From assembly GCA_963817745.1 (NCBI GenBank), contig CAWFPC010000008.1:67009-131008 (forward strand): 64,000 nt of DNA, read 5' to 3'. This document shows, in pieces, positions 31,487 to 42,111 of this stretch. Position 1 is the stretch's first letter; every line of letters starts with the position of its first letter. The notes under the pieces are model-generated. The model was given only the letters and a program-made list of their open reading frames with translations. It was not told where the DNA came from and made no database searches. The DNA comes from an uncultured Chloroflexia bacterium. GTDB taxonomy: Bacteria > Chloroflexota > Limnocylindria > Limnocylindrales > CSP1-4. Position numbers and translations under genes: made by a program.

Positions 31487-32514
31487 GGGCCGGGGTCCGG
31501 CGTGCCGGCCTGCATCAGGAGGCGCGCGGCGCTCGAGATCGGCCGCCTCCTCGGCGGTCGCCGGCCAGATCGGCTTGAAGCTGTACCACTGCTCCGGCGC
31601 GGCCGCGATGCTCAGCGCCAGCGCGTCGGCCATCGCCTGGCTCGCGCGCTGGAGCTCGGCCGGATCGGCCGACGTGAGGTCGATCGGTCCGGCCCAGGTG
31701 ACGCTGAACGTGCCGTCGGCGAGCCGGCGCGTCGTGACCGGGAGGATCCGCGCGCCGGTCTTGGCCGCGAGCGTGGCCGGTCCGGCGGGCAGCGTGGTCC
31801 AGGCACCGAACAGGCGGACCGGGATGCCGTCCGCGCGATAGCCCCAGTCCACGAGCAGCGCGAGCATCTCGCCGCGGCGCAGGACGTCGTAGATGCGGCG
31901 CAGGTTGCGCCAGGCGATGACGCGGACGCCCCAGGATTCGCGCTCCGCGCGCAGGTGCGCGAACAGCTCGGGGAACGACGAGTCGTCGGCGATGACGCTG
32001 ATCGGCATGCCATGGCGGGCGATGGCGGCGGCCACGGCATCGTTGTTGCCGACGTGACCCACCGAGAAGATGAGCCCGCCGCCGGCAGGGTTCCCCGTCC
32101 ACAGGCGCCGGATGTCGTCGGCGTCGATATCGGGCACCAGGGCGGCCCGCGTGTCGGGCGGAGCGCCGGCAGTCGCATGAGCTCGACGAGGTAGCGGCCG
32201 TAGCCGTAGTAGGCGCGCAGGGCGACGGCGCGCACACGTCGATCGCCCTGGGGAAGGCCCAGCACGTGGCCGAAGTTGCGATCCGACCAGTGGCGCTTGG
32301 TCCCCCAGGCGAGATAGGACGCCTGCGACAGCCGGCCGATCACGGCCGCCGCGAAGTCGGCCGGCAGCGTCTGCAGGAGCCAGGCAGTCGCCTTGTAGGC
32401 GACGACGGCGACGCGCTCGACGATGCGCGGACGCTGGCCGCCGCGGCGATGGGGTGCCTCGAGGGGCCGTTCGGGCGCCCTCGGGGCCACGCGCGGTTCG
32501 TTGCCGACGGTCAC
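31487..32514 (-). CDS. LPLAT-family acyltransferase, PatA/HtrB-like (copy 1, tandem paralogue); frameshift near 32140, 3' end approximate
   Basis: N-terminus [10 protein letters not shown]...[13 protein letters not shown]...[16 protein letters not shown]-terminal half ...[31 protein letters not shown]...[41 protein letters not shown]...[12 protein letters not shown]. Confidence 0.6.
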
Positions 32515-33753
32515 GACGCCGCGGCGGTCTCGACCTTGGCGCGAGCGCCCGCGAGCCTGCGGAGCTTGCGCTTCTCCGGCTTCTCGGTGCCCACCAGCGT
32601 CTCGGAGTCATCGCCGCGGATGAACGCTTCCACCCGGTTGAACGCGATGTCGTCGTGGATCTGGTGCGGCGGGCTCTTCATGAAGTACGCCGAGGGCGCC
32701 ACGAGCGTGCCGCTCAGGCCGCGATCCAGCCCGAGCTTGAGGCAGCGGATGGCGTCCGTGATGACGCCCGCGCTGTTGGGGCTGTCCCAGACCTCGAGCT
32801 TGAGCTCCGCGTTGAGCGGCACGTCCCCGAAGGTCGTGCCCTCCATCCGGATGTAGCACCACTTGCGATCGAGCAGCCACGGCACGTGGTCGCTGGGGCC
32901 GACGTGGACGTCGTCGGGGTCGAGCTCGTAATCGAGCATCGAGGTGACCGCGTTGGTCTTGGAGATCTTCTTGGACTCGAGTCGCTCGCGTTCGAGCATG
33001 TTGAGGAAGTCGGTGTTGCCGCCGAAGTTGAGCTGGTACGTCCGGTCGAGGCGGACGCCGCGATCCATGAACAGGCGGGTCAGCACGCGGTGGCTGATCG
33101 TCGCGCCGACCTGGCTCTTGATGTCGTCGCCGATGACCGGCAGGCCGGCCGAGGCGAACCGCCGCTGCCAGTACGGCTCGCGACCGATGAACACCGGGAT
33201 CGCGTTGACGAAGCCCGACACCCGCGGCCAGCGCCTGCTCCGCGTACCACTTGGTCGCCTCCTCGCTGCCGACCGGCAGGTAGGAGACCATGACGTCGAC
33301 CTCGCGCTCCTTGAGGATGCCGACGATGTCGGCCGTCTCGCCCGGCGCCTTCTCGATGATCTGGCTGAGGTACTTGCCGAGACCGTCGTGGACCATGCCG
33401 CGCTCCACGGTCACCCCGGTCCGCTTGACCTTGTGGAAGGTGTACGTGTTGTTCGGCTTCGTGTAGATCGCCTCGGCGAGGTCCTTGCCGACCTTGTTCT
33501 TGTCGATGTCGAAGGCGGCGACGAAGTCGATGTCGCGGACGTGGTAGCCGCCGAGGTTGACGTGCATCAGCCCGGGGACGAAGTCGTCGTCCGCGGCATC
33601 CTCGTAGTAGTAGCGCCCCTGGACGAGGCTGCTCGCGCAGTTGCCGACGCCGACGATCGCGACGCGGATCTTGCCGTCGCCGCGTCGGGCGGAGCCCGCC
33701 CAGGTGTTCGACGGCGTCGCGCCGTTCTTGCCGTTGCTGCCGTTCTTGCTCAC
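32511..33753 (-). CDS. ino1: myo-Inositol-1-phosphate synthase
   Basis: [27 protein letters not shown]... is the hallmark Ino1 NAD-binding N-terminus. The C-terminal half (...[28 protein letters not shown]...) is in a second frame (shift near 33220). GTG start overlaps the pgsA stop (GTGA). Confidence 0.85.
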
Positions 33754-34472
33754 GTGTTCGGTTCTCCGCTGCTCGCCGGCGAGCCGGCATCTGGGGTCGT
33801 GGACTGTCGTTTGGCCTGGGCACGGACGTGGACGATCCGCTGGATGACGGTGATGGTGGCGCCGAGGGTGATGATCCCGAGGGCGATGAACAGGGCGAGC
33901 AGGCCGGGCGCGATGGCCCCGCCGCCGGCTCCCTCGCCGCCCGTGGTCGGCGTCGTGCCGAGCAGCCCCGCGAGGAGGAGCCCAAGGCTCAGGATGACCA
34001 GGCGGATCTCGCGCGGCATGATCCCGACGGCCGCCATGCCGGTGCCCTCGGTGAACCCGAGTCCCTCCGACTTGGCCCGCGCGTAGCTGACCATGACGGC
34101 CGACCCGAGGGCGGCGGCCGCCAGGAGCGGGCCGTCGGCCACGCCCACGGCCTGGAGCCCGGCGACGATGCCGATGTAGACGATGACCTCGCCGGCCCGA
34201 TCGAAGACCGAGTCCATGAACGCGCCGAGCTTGCTGACCTGGCCGGTCGCCCGGGCGAGCGTCCCGTCGAACATGTCGAAGACGCCGCCGACGAAGACGA
34301 CGATCCCGCCGATCAGCCATTGCTGCATCCCGAGCAGGATCGCGCCGACCACGGTGATGCCGAAGCCGATCAGGGTCAGCCCGTCCGGCGTCAGCCCGGC
34401 CCGGCCCATCGCGAGGGCGATCGGCTCGAAGATGGCCTTGACGCGTGAGCGGGACTCGTTGGAGATGGTCAC
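33750..34472 (-). CDS. pgsA: CDP-alcohol phosphatidyltransferase, phosphatidylinositol(-phosphate) synthase-like
   Basis: CDP-OH-P transferase motif [28 protein letters not shown] plus 5-6 TM helices. GTG start at 34472 with preceding sequence [17 protein letters not shown]. Confidence 0.8.
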   Translation of the reverse strand: MTISNESRSRVKAIFEPIALAMGRAGLTPDGLTLIGFGITVVGAILLGMQQWLIGGIVVFVGGVFDMFDGTLARATGQVSKLGAFMDSVFDRAGEVIVYIGIVAGLQAVGVADGPLLAAAALGSAVMVSYARAKSEGLGFTEGTGMAAVGIMPREIRLVILSLGLLLAGLLGTTPTTGGEGAGGGAIAPGLLALFIALGIITLGATITVIQRIVHVRAQAKRQSTTPDAGSPASSGEPNT

Positions 34473-34475
34473 GAG

Positions 34476-34778
34476 GCCGACCCGAGCTCGGCGAGGCCGA
34501 GGATGGCGCGCTCGCGCTCGGCGACCTCGCCGAACGCCTCGGGGCGGAGCGTGCAGATGGTCTCGCGTCCCGACGCGGCGGGTGGCGACCAGGCCGGCCA
34601 CGCGGAGCCGCTTGAGGTGATGGCTCACGAGCGGCTGCGACAGGCCGACGTGGCGGATGAGCTCGGCCACGCTGGCCTCACCCTCGGCCAGGCGGCGGAC
34701 GATGCGCAGGCGGTTCACGTCGGCGAGCGCCTTGTGGAAGGCGCGCAGGTCGCGGAGGTCGTCCGGCTGGAGGACCAT
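34476..34778 (-). CDS. ArsR/SmtB-family transcriptional regulator; 3' end unresolved (frameshift)
   Basis: [68 protein letters not shown] is the ArsR winged-HTH. Confidence 0.55.
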
Positions 34779-34845
34779 CGACGCGAGCGTCGAACGGATG
34801 CGGGCGGGCGTCGGCACGAGGGAGGGGACTCCTGGGGATGTCGTA

Positions 34846-34877
34846 TCAACGGCGGTTGATATCAACGAATGTTGATG
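34846..34877. promoter_or_regulatory. Two abutting perfect palindromes ATCAACggcgGTTGAT | ATCAACgaatGTTGAT, ~70-100 bp upstream of arsR; candidate ArsR/SmtB operator
   Basis: Seen directly in the sequence. ArsR-family repressors bind 12-2-12-type inverted repeats overlapping their own promoters (established knowledge). A role as the DyP transcription terminator cannot be excluded. Confidence 0.5.
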
Positions 34878-34911
34878 CTACGGCGCTCGAACCGCCGATG
34901 TCAAGGCCGGC

Positions 34912-36553
34912 TCAGGCGTCCCCGAGCGTGTCGCGCAGCGCGCTGATGGAGGGGCTGAAGAAGTAGCCGCCACCGGTCGGGATCACGAAGTCCTCCGTCG
35001 TCGTGATCGTGCCGACCGCGAGATCCCGCCCGAACAGGACGCACCTGCGCTGCCGGCCCTGGCCCGGATGGCCGTTCTGGCCGACGAGCATGTCGAACCC
35101 GCTCGGGCCACGAGGATTGATCGGGTCGTTCATCCAGTTCGTGGTCAGGAACTCGAACTGGTCGGCGATCGAGGTCTGGTACGACACGAACAGCAGTCCC
35201 CGGTCACCTGCCACCGGATCGGATCCGATCGGGATCGAGCGGCGGACCGAAGGGCAGTCCACGGCGGAGGATCCGGCGATCCAGCGCCGCCCGGGCACCG
35301 CCGAAGTCGTTCGACGACTCGCGTGGATTCACGTTCCGGATGTGCGCGGCGAGCGGGCACACGAGGCCGACCGGGTCGGGCTTCGCGTTCGACCACCGCC
35401 CGTTCGTCGTCGTGCCGTCGGTCAGCTCGAGCGTGCCGGACTCCGTCGCGTAGCCGAAGATGTTGTTCGCCTCCCGGTCGACGCCGAGATCCGGGTCGTC
35501 GCCGTCCGGGGCGCGACCGAGCGGGGCGCCACTCTTCCAGCGGCCGACCAGGGCGGCGGCCAGGCGGTCGCTCGTCCAGTCCTCGAAGCCGGGCTCGCGA
35601 CCGAGGTCGACCGCCGCGTCGTCGACGAAGCGCCAGAACGCGGCGACATCCTGGCGCAGCCGCCGGTAGACCACGTACGACCCGTTCCGGCTCCACGTCG
35701 GTCCCGCCTCCTTCACGGGACCCGGCACCAGCGGATCGGCGGACACGCCCGGATAGCCGAACACGAACTCGCCGGGCCAGATCAGCAACTGGCCGGGGAG
35801 GTCGTACAGCCAGGCGTCCGGGAGCTGGTGCGGGGCGATGACCCGGTGACCCAGGAAGTCGTCCGGCGCATCCGACAGCCGACCGCGCACACCGGGCTGG
35901 GAGATCCCGTCCTGGAAGCCGAAGTGCTCGGCGCCGATGTCGTCGAACTTGGCGCCGCGCTGTTCGTGGAGGACCGTCAGGCCGCCGGCGACGGCATCGG
36001 CACGCAGCGCATCGACCCCTTGCGCGACGTGGTCGGCCTGGTCGCCGGCCACGATGCACAGGACGTCGGCCTCGCGTTCCGGTCCGCCGACGACCCAGTT
36101 GGACCGGTGGCCTTCCGCATGCGGGATCGGTCGGGTCGCCGAGGAGCGACGACCGAGCGGCCAGGCCCGAGCCGGAACGCCTGATCCTCGAACTGGTCCA
36201 GGTCGGCGGCGAGCCGCGTGCGGCCGTCGGCCAGTCGCTGCAGGCCGGCGTAGCTGATGGCGATGTTCAGCCAGACGTCGTCGACGGCAGCCGGTACCGC
36301 GCCGACGCGCGCACCCTTCGGGCGGAGGGTCCGGGCCGCACGGACGAGCCGGCGAGAGGCCATGACCCCCTCCAGGGTCGTGACCTGGGGTGCGATCGCG
36401 CCGAGCCAGCGCCGCGCGCGATCCACGTCCTCGATCGCGAGGGCGACCAGGACCATGTTCGGCTTCATGAAGCCCGGGAGCGCGTTGCCCTGGATGTCGT
36501 GGACGTCCAGGACGGGTTCGAGCGGCGCGGTCCTGGTCGTGTCGGCCGTCATG
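34912..36553 (-). CDS. DyP-type haem peroxidase; 2 frame changes (~36100, ~35250)
   Basis: EHFGFQDGISQPGVRG (DyP GXXDG region), C-terminal LLFVSYQTSIADQFEFLTTNW...GTITTTEDFVIPTGGGYFFSPSISALRD, and N-terminus MTADTTRTAPLEPVLDVHDIQGNALPGF. Confidence 0.75.
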
Positions 36554-36639
36554 ACGCACGCGTCCAGCGGCGCGCTGGCGGAACGCTGCGCGGGAGCTCC
36601 GGCCGCGCGACCACGCGCGCCGAGGTGATGGCCTCGGGG

Positions 36640-37864
36640 TAATCGAAGATCGGGATCGATCCGGACGGACACGCCTCGCCGGCGAGGACCGAGAACACGA
36701 CCGACGGGTTCGCCGCGTCGGCGCACGCGCGATACGGCAGACCCGGCCGGTCGATTCCGGAAGCCGGCGCCCACCGCCGCGAGGCCCACGATCTTGATCG
36801 TCATGTGCTCGGCGAGCTGGCCGCCCGTCCGGATGGGCTCGCCACCGATGCGCAGGTCGCTGACCGTCAGCCCCTCGCCGGCCGGCACCTCGAACACGGC
36901 ACGGGCGACGAAGCCGGGCGTGCCGCGCACGATCCGGAACCAGTCGGGATCGATCGGCTCGTCGTTGGGCAGCGTCCAGCCGGTCATGTCGAGGTGGTCC
37001 ATGTACAGCCCGACCGGGTCCTGCAGCGTGACGGCGTATCCGAGCGCCGCGAGGTGGTTCACGCTCGCGCCGATCGTCGGATCGCTGCAGCGATCGTTCC
37101 CGCCGTAGCCGGCGCCGACGATCAGGGCGTCAGGATCGCCCGTCAGCCGCCGCTCCCGGGCGCGCAGGACCGTCGCATCGGCCCCGAGCGTGATCTCGGC
37201 CCGCAGCGTGTTGCTGGGATGCGTGAGGTGCATGATCCCGTCGACCGTGTTCCAGCGGTTGTAGGGGTCGTAGCGGCCGTCCCTGCGCAGGTCCGCCAGC
37301 TGCACGGACGGGTCGACATGCTCGCGATAGAGCTCGAGCAGGACCTGCGGGTCGCCCGGGAACGACGACGACGGCTGGTCCGGCGTCTCCGCCGGCAGGT
37401 CATCGCCGTGCAGGGCCTGCCAGTACTCCGGCGGCTCCGAGGTGAACGTGACGCGGACGATGCGCCCGGCGGCATCCCGCTCCACCCGCCACTCGCAGTA
37501 CTCGTCCTGGGGCCGGTAGAACGCCCGCGGCGACGCATCGGCGTGCACGGGCGGCGCGGAACCCTGACCCGCCACGCCCGCCCATCGACGCAGCGGCACC
37601 GGATCGTCGGCCGTGGCCAGCGCGGCGGCGCGTCCCACGCGTCGGCGAAGCGTGCCCGGGAACGCGTTCCAGGTGATCTCCTGCTCGATCGCGGGTCCGG
37701 CGGGCGTGCTCGTCGAGCTGGTCGTAGTACTGGCAGGGCTGGCCGTCGAGAGCGTCGGCCTGGCGTCCGATCGCCTCCGCGAACCAGCGCGAGACGGCAT
37801 CGCTCCACGTGCTCACGCTGCCCGGGGATCGCGTCGAAGTCGGTGAGATGCGCGGGCGGGTCAT
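36640..37864 (-). CDS. Conserved hypothetical protein immediately upstream of the DyP peroxidase; both ends uncertain
   Basis: ~400-aa ORF with protein-like composition (…YCEWRVERDAAGRIVRVTFTSEPPEYWQALH…DPYNRWNTVDGIMHLTHPSNTLRAEITLGAD…YGGNDRCSDPTIGASVNHLAALGYAVTLQDPVGLYMDHLDMTGW…). No family recognised. It shares a frame with DyP with no stop between them, which implies an indel. Confidence 0.35.
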
Positions 37865-37870
37865 GCATGT

Positions 37871-39630
37871 GTGTTCGCTCCCCCAGCTGATGACCTGCCC
37901 CGAGTCTACTGGCCTTCGGTCGGGTTATGGCCGACACTCGGGGCATGGCTCCCCGGTACGCGCTCGTGCTTGCTCGGCGTCTTCGGCACGGGGGTGTTCC
38001 TCGCCGGTCTCGAGCTCATGATCACGGCCGTCGCGCTGCCCTCGATCCTGGCCGACCTCGTCGTCGCCGATGGGTCCTCGGCCTGGGTCGAGCTGCGCCG
38101 GGCGAGCTGGATCATCAACGGCTACCTGCTCGTGTACATCGTGGTCATGCCGCTGGCCGGCGGCCTCGCGGACCTGTGGGGCGCCCGCCGCCTGTTCCTC
38201 GGTGCGCTGACGGTGTTCGTGGTCGGGTCCGCGCTGGCGGGCGCCGCCCAGGACCTCGACCAGCTCATCGCGGCGCGGCTGGTCCAGGCGGTCGGTGGCG
38301 GCGTCCTCGTGCCGGTCGGGACGGCGGCCGCTGCCCACCTGTACGACGGCCCGGCGCGGGCACGGGCGCTCGGGGTCATCGGCGCGCTCACGTTCCTCGG
38401 GATGGCCGCGGGACCGTTCCTGGGTGCCGCGATCCTGTCGACGGTCCAACCCGACGACGCGCTGGCCGCCGCCGGCCTCGCGGGCACGCGCGATCGCCGA
38501 CGTGTTGGCACCCGCCTGGCGCTGGATCTTCTACGTCAACGTGCCGATCGGCATCTGTGCGCTGGTGCTGGCCTGGGCCGCCTCGACCGGATGGGAGACG
38601 CCGCGTCGGCAGGGCCGGCTGGACGTGCTCGGTGCGGGGCTGTTCGGGCTCGCCCTCGCGGCCGGGCTCATCGCGCTGACGCTCGTCGGCAGCGCCGCGC
38701 CGGTCGTGGTCGATGCGCGCCGAACAGGCGGCCGGTGGCGGCCCCCTCGCCGGGCTCGATCCCACCGCCGTTTCGATCGCCCTGGGGGTCGTTGCGGTCG
38801 TCGCCACGATCCTGGCGATCTTGCGCGCCCTGCGCATCCCCGACCCGTTCCTCGACGTGCGCCTCTTCCGGCGTCTCGCGATCAGCAGCGCGGCGGTCGT
38901 GTCCCTGCTCACGGGGTACGCGTTCGCGACCGCGATCATCGGCGGGGCGGTCTTCGTCGATCGCGTGCTCTACGGCGGTCCGGACGACCAGCGGCTGGCG
39001 CTCGGCGCGCTGGCCGGCGCGACGGCGGTCGGGGCACTCGTCTCGGGCTTCCTCGTCCGCCTCGCGAGCTACCGGGTCGTGACCCTCATCGGCCTCGCCC
39101 TCAGCGTGGGCGGGCTCATCGCGATGTCGGCCTGGACGCCGAGCGTCGACATCGCCACCGTCGCGCTCGGTCTGGCGGTCTTCGGCCTGGGGTTCGGGTT
39201 GACGGTGACGCCACGGTCCACCGCGGCCGTGGAGGCGGCAGGCCGGACGGCGTTCGGGGCAGCCTCGTCGATCGTGACGGTCGCCCGGATGCTGGGCATG
39301 GCCGTCGGGCTCGCGATCCTGACGGCCTACGGCTCGACCACGATCGATCGGCTCTCGGCGCAGATCTACGCCACCCCGGACGCCTACCTCGCGATCATCC
39401 CCGAATCGCTGCGCGACCGTCCGTTGCGCGACCCGCTCGTCGTCGAGGCGCTCGAGTCCTGGGCGTCCCGTGAGGCGGCATCGATCATGGTCGGGCTGTT
39501 CGTCGTGGCGGCCGTCGTGACGGTCGCGGCCGCGCCCGCGGCGATCGCCCTCGGCGGCGGGTCGCGACGGGCCAGGACGGCGCGTATGCTGGCGCCCGAT
39601 GGCGACCCAGAACCCGGCCTCATCCTCTGA
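37871..39630 (+). CDS. MFS transporter (DHA2-like, ~14 TM); 2 frame changes (~38490, ~38720)
   Basis: LGVFGTGVFLAGLELMITAVALPSILADL..., conserved MFS motif region (LADLWGARRLFLGAL), and TM helices continuing across three frames. Confidence 0.7.
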
Positions 39631-40639
39631 CCGATCAGCCGAACGCGCGGTCGCGCGTCGGCGGTACGCCGCGGGTCACCGGGATCCCGGACCGCTGCGG
39701 GTCGTGGCGGTCGTCGGTGGGACGACCCAGGAATGGGAGGGCACGTCGGCGCTGGCCCATCTCCCCGAGTTGCTGCGGCAGCCGGACGCGCAGGTGTGGG
39801 TCGACCTCACCGCGCCGGCCGATGCGCAGGTGGAGCAGATCGGCTCCATCCTGTCGCTCCATCCGCTCGTCGTCGAGGACATCCTCGAGGGCAACCAGCG
39901 CGCCAAGATCGAGACGACGGACGGCGTCATCCACATCGTGCTGTTCCGCCTCGAGTACGGCGACCGCGTGGTCGCCACCGAGATCGACATCGTCCTGGGT
40001 CTCGGGTATCTGCTCACGGCCCACGAGGCGGGCTGGGACCCGCGGACGTCCCATCACCTGCGTGGCGACCCGGGCAAGATGCTCGCGCACGGGCCGGACC
40101 ACCTGCTGTGGGCCATCGCCGACGACATCGTCGACGAGTACTTCCCCTTCGCGGATCGCCTCGGTGACGCGATCGACGCGGTCCAGGACGAGGTCGTGCG
40201 GACGACGTCGCCCGACGCGCTCGAGCGCCTGTTCGCGCTGAAGCGCGAGCTCATCGAGGTGCGTCGATCGGCCGGGCCGGTCCGCGAGGTGTTCAGCCAG
40301 CTGACGAACCGCGACCTGTCGCTCATCGACGACGAGGAGGTCGTCTACTTCCGCGACGTGTACGACCACGTGATCCGCCTGACCGACGAGCTCGACAACT
40401 ACCGCGAGCTCGCGGCCGCCACGCTCGACGTCTACCTGACGCAGGTCAACAACAACCTGTCGGTGATCATGAAGCGGCTGACCGGGGTGACGGTCATCCT
40501 CGCCGGCATCGGCGCCGTGGGCGGCATCTTCGGGATGAGCGAGGCCAGCAACGCCGGCGGGTTCTGGGTCGTGGCCGCGATCACGATCGGGCTGTCGCGC
40601 GGCCGCGGCGGTGTGGCTGCGCAGGATCGGCTGGATCTA
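39599..40639 (+). CDS. corA: Magnesium/cobalt transporter CorA; frameshift near 40595 restores the C-terminus ...AAAVWLRRIGWI*
   Basis: Cytoplasmic funnel domain followed by 2 C-terminal TM helices with a GMSE variant of the GMN motif region (GIFGMSEA). Confidence 0.8.
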
Positions 40640-40680
40640 GCCGAGCGTCCGTGGTGCCCGCCGGTCGGGCCCGGCGAGCG

Positions 40681-41364
40681 TCAGCAGCGGACCGGTTTCG
40701 CCTTCGGGTTCGCGTCCTTGTGATCGGCCGTCTCGACCGAGATCGGCATCGCGATCACCTGCGTCTTGCCGGGCGTGCCGGCCGGACCCTCCGAGGTCTG
40801 GAGCCAGAGCTGCTCGGTCTCCGCGGCCTGGGCGTCGTGCAGGGTGCGCTGATCGCGGCGGACCTCGGTGATCTCGTACAGGAAGCGCAGGTCGTCGCTC
40901 GTCCAGACCTCGACCACCATGCCGAGCTGCTTCTTGCCGCTCGTCCTGAGCAACGGCTCGAACATCTTCGGGCGGGCGTGGGCGTACAGGTAGGTCGCGC
41001 GACCCTGGCCCGGCTGCCCGAGCTCCTTGATGTACATCGCCACGTTGCAGAACGGGTAGTCGTTCGTGCCCTTGATGACCGCAAGGTCGATGTCGAGCGC
41101 CGCGATGCGGACCCGCGTCGCCGTGCGATCGGGATCGCCGCTGGGGCTCGCCGACGGCGCGATCGACGACAGGGGCGGCAACGTGATGAGCGGCGACGGC
41201 GTCGGCGCGGCCGTGGCCACCGCGGTCGGCTCGTCCGACGGCGCGGGTTCGGCCGCGACCGGTGTCGTGTACGACAGGAGACCGGCCGCCAGCAACGTCA
41301 CCCCGAGCGCCGCGAGCAGCGCGGGCAGGAGGCGTGTCCGGATCCGCTCGGTGAGGTCGGCCAT
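40681..41364 (-). CDS. Sortase-like membrane-anchored protein with Cys-to-Ser substitution in the TLxTC position (possible pseudo-sortase)
   Basis: Order of elements mirrors class E/F sortases: N-terminal TM, RIAALDIDLAVIKG (beta strand 1), PGQG...LYAHAR (His region), MVVEVWTSDDLRFLYEITEV, then LWLQTSEGP where LxTC is expected. Low-identity recognition only. Confidence 0.35.
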   Translation of the reverse strand: MADLTERIRTRLLPALLAALGVTLLAAGLLSYTTPVAAEPAPSDEPTAVATAAPTPSPLITLPPLSSIAPSASPSGDPDRTATRVRIAALDIDLAVIKGTNDYPFCNVAMYIKELGQPGQGRATYLYAHARPKMFEPLLRTSGKKQLGMVVEVWTSDDLRFLYEITEVRRDQRTLHDAQAAETEQLWLQTSEGPAGTPGKTQVIAMPISVETADHKDANPKAKPVRC

Positions 41365-41434
41365 GGGCGGCGAATCCTAGCAGCGGTCCCCCGTAGACGC
41401 CGTGGGCCGCTGGTACTGGTACCCTCCGCCCGAT

Positions 41435-42111
41435 ATGTGGCCCCGACTCGCGATCGTCGCCGGTCTGGTCGCCGGTATCGCGGCCGCAGTGCTGGTCCTT
41501 GGGGGGATCCTCGCCTTCGCGCCCGAGCCGTCGCCGTCGGCGACGCCTGTCCCGCAACCGTCGCTCGCGACACCCGAGCCGTCGGCCGTGGCCACCACGA
41601 GCCCCGACGCCCGGGAGCCTCGGCGTCGCCGGCCGGCGCGTCCGGGTCACCCGACGCCAGTGCGGCGGGCCTGTTCCACATCGGCGAGACGGCCCCGGCG
41701 CTCGTCGTGCCGCAGGTCGGGGGCGGCACCATCGACCTCACGAACCTGCGCGGCAAGCCGGTCTGGGTCAACTTCATGGGCACCTACTGCCCGCCGTGCC
41801 AGGACGAGTTCCCGTTGATGAACGGGTTCGCGGCACGGTACGCGGACGACGGCCTCGTGGTCCTCGCGATCGACGTCAAGGAGGAGGAAGGGCTGGTCGC
41901 CGCCTTCGCCGAGAGCCTCGACGCGATCTTCCCGCTGGGCCTCGACACGGACGGCTCGGCCGCCGAGCGATGGGATGCCGTCGTCCTGCCGGTCCACTTC
42001 TGGATCGATGGGGACGGGGTGATCCGCGATGGGGCACTGGGCGGGATCGGCCCCGACGTCATGGCCCGCGGCCTCCAGGCGATCATGCCGGACGTCACCG
42101 TCACGCCGTGA
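41435..42111 (+). CDS. TlpA/ResA-like membrane-anchored thiol:disulfide oxidoreductase (thioredoxin fold, CPPC); frameshift near 41620
   Basis: N-terminal TM (MWPRLAIVAGLVAGIAAAVLVLGG) and a Pro/Ser linker. The thioredoxin domain ...LRGKPVWVNFMGTYCPPCQDEFPLM... is in the adjacent frame. Confidence 0.7.

Noticed and set aside
29228-32611. Single 1127-aa ORF on the minus strand
   Set aside because: It decomposes into two PatA-like acyltransferases and a PHP phosphoesterase, each with its own start codon and coupled stop/start overlaps. The continuous frame is caused by indels removing the natural stops.
33750-34865. Apparent ArsR::PgsA fusion ORF (371 aa)
   Set aside because: The ArsR winged-helix and the CDP-alcohol phosphatidyltransferase are unrelated domains, and pgsA has its own GTG start with conserved N-terminus. 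The ArsR C-terminus degenerates into Arg-rich nonsense, indicating a frame error rather than a fusion.
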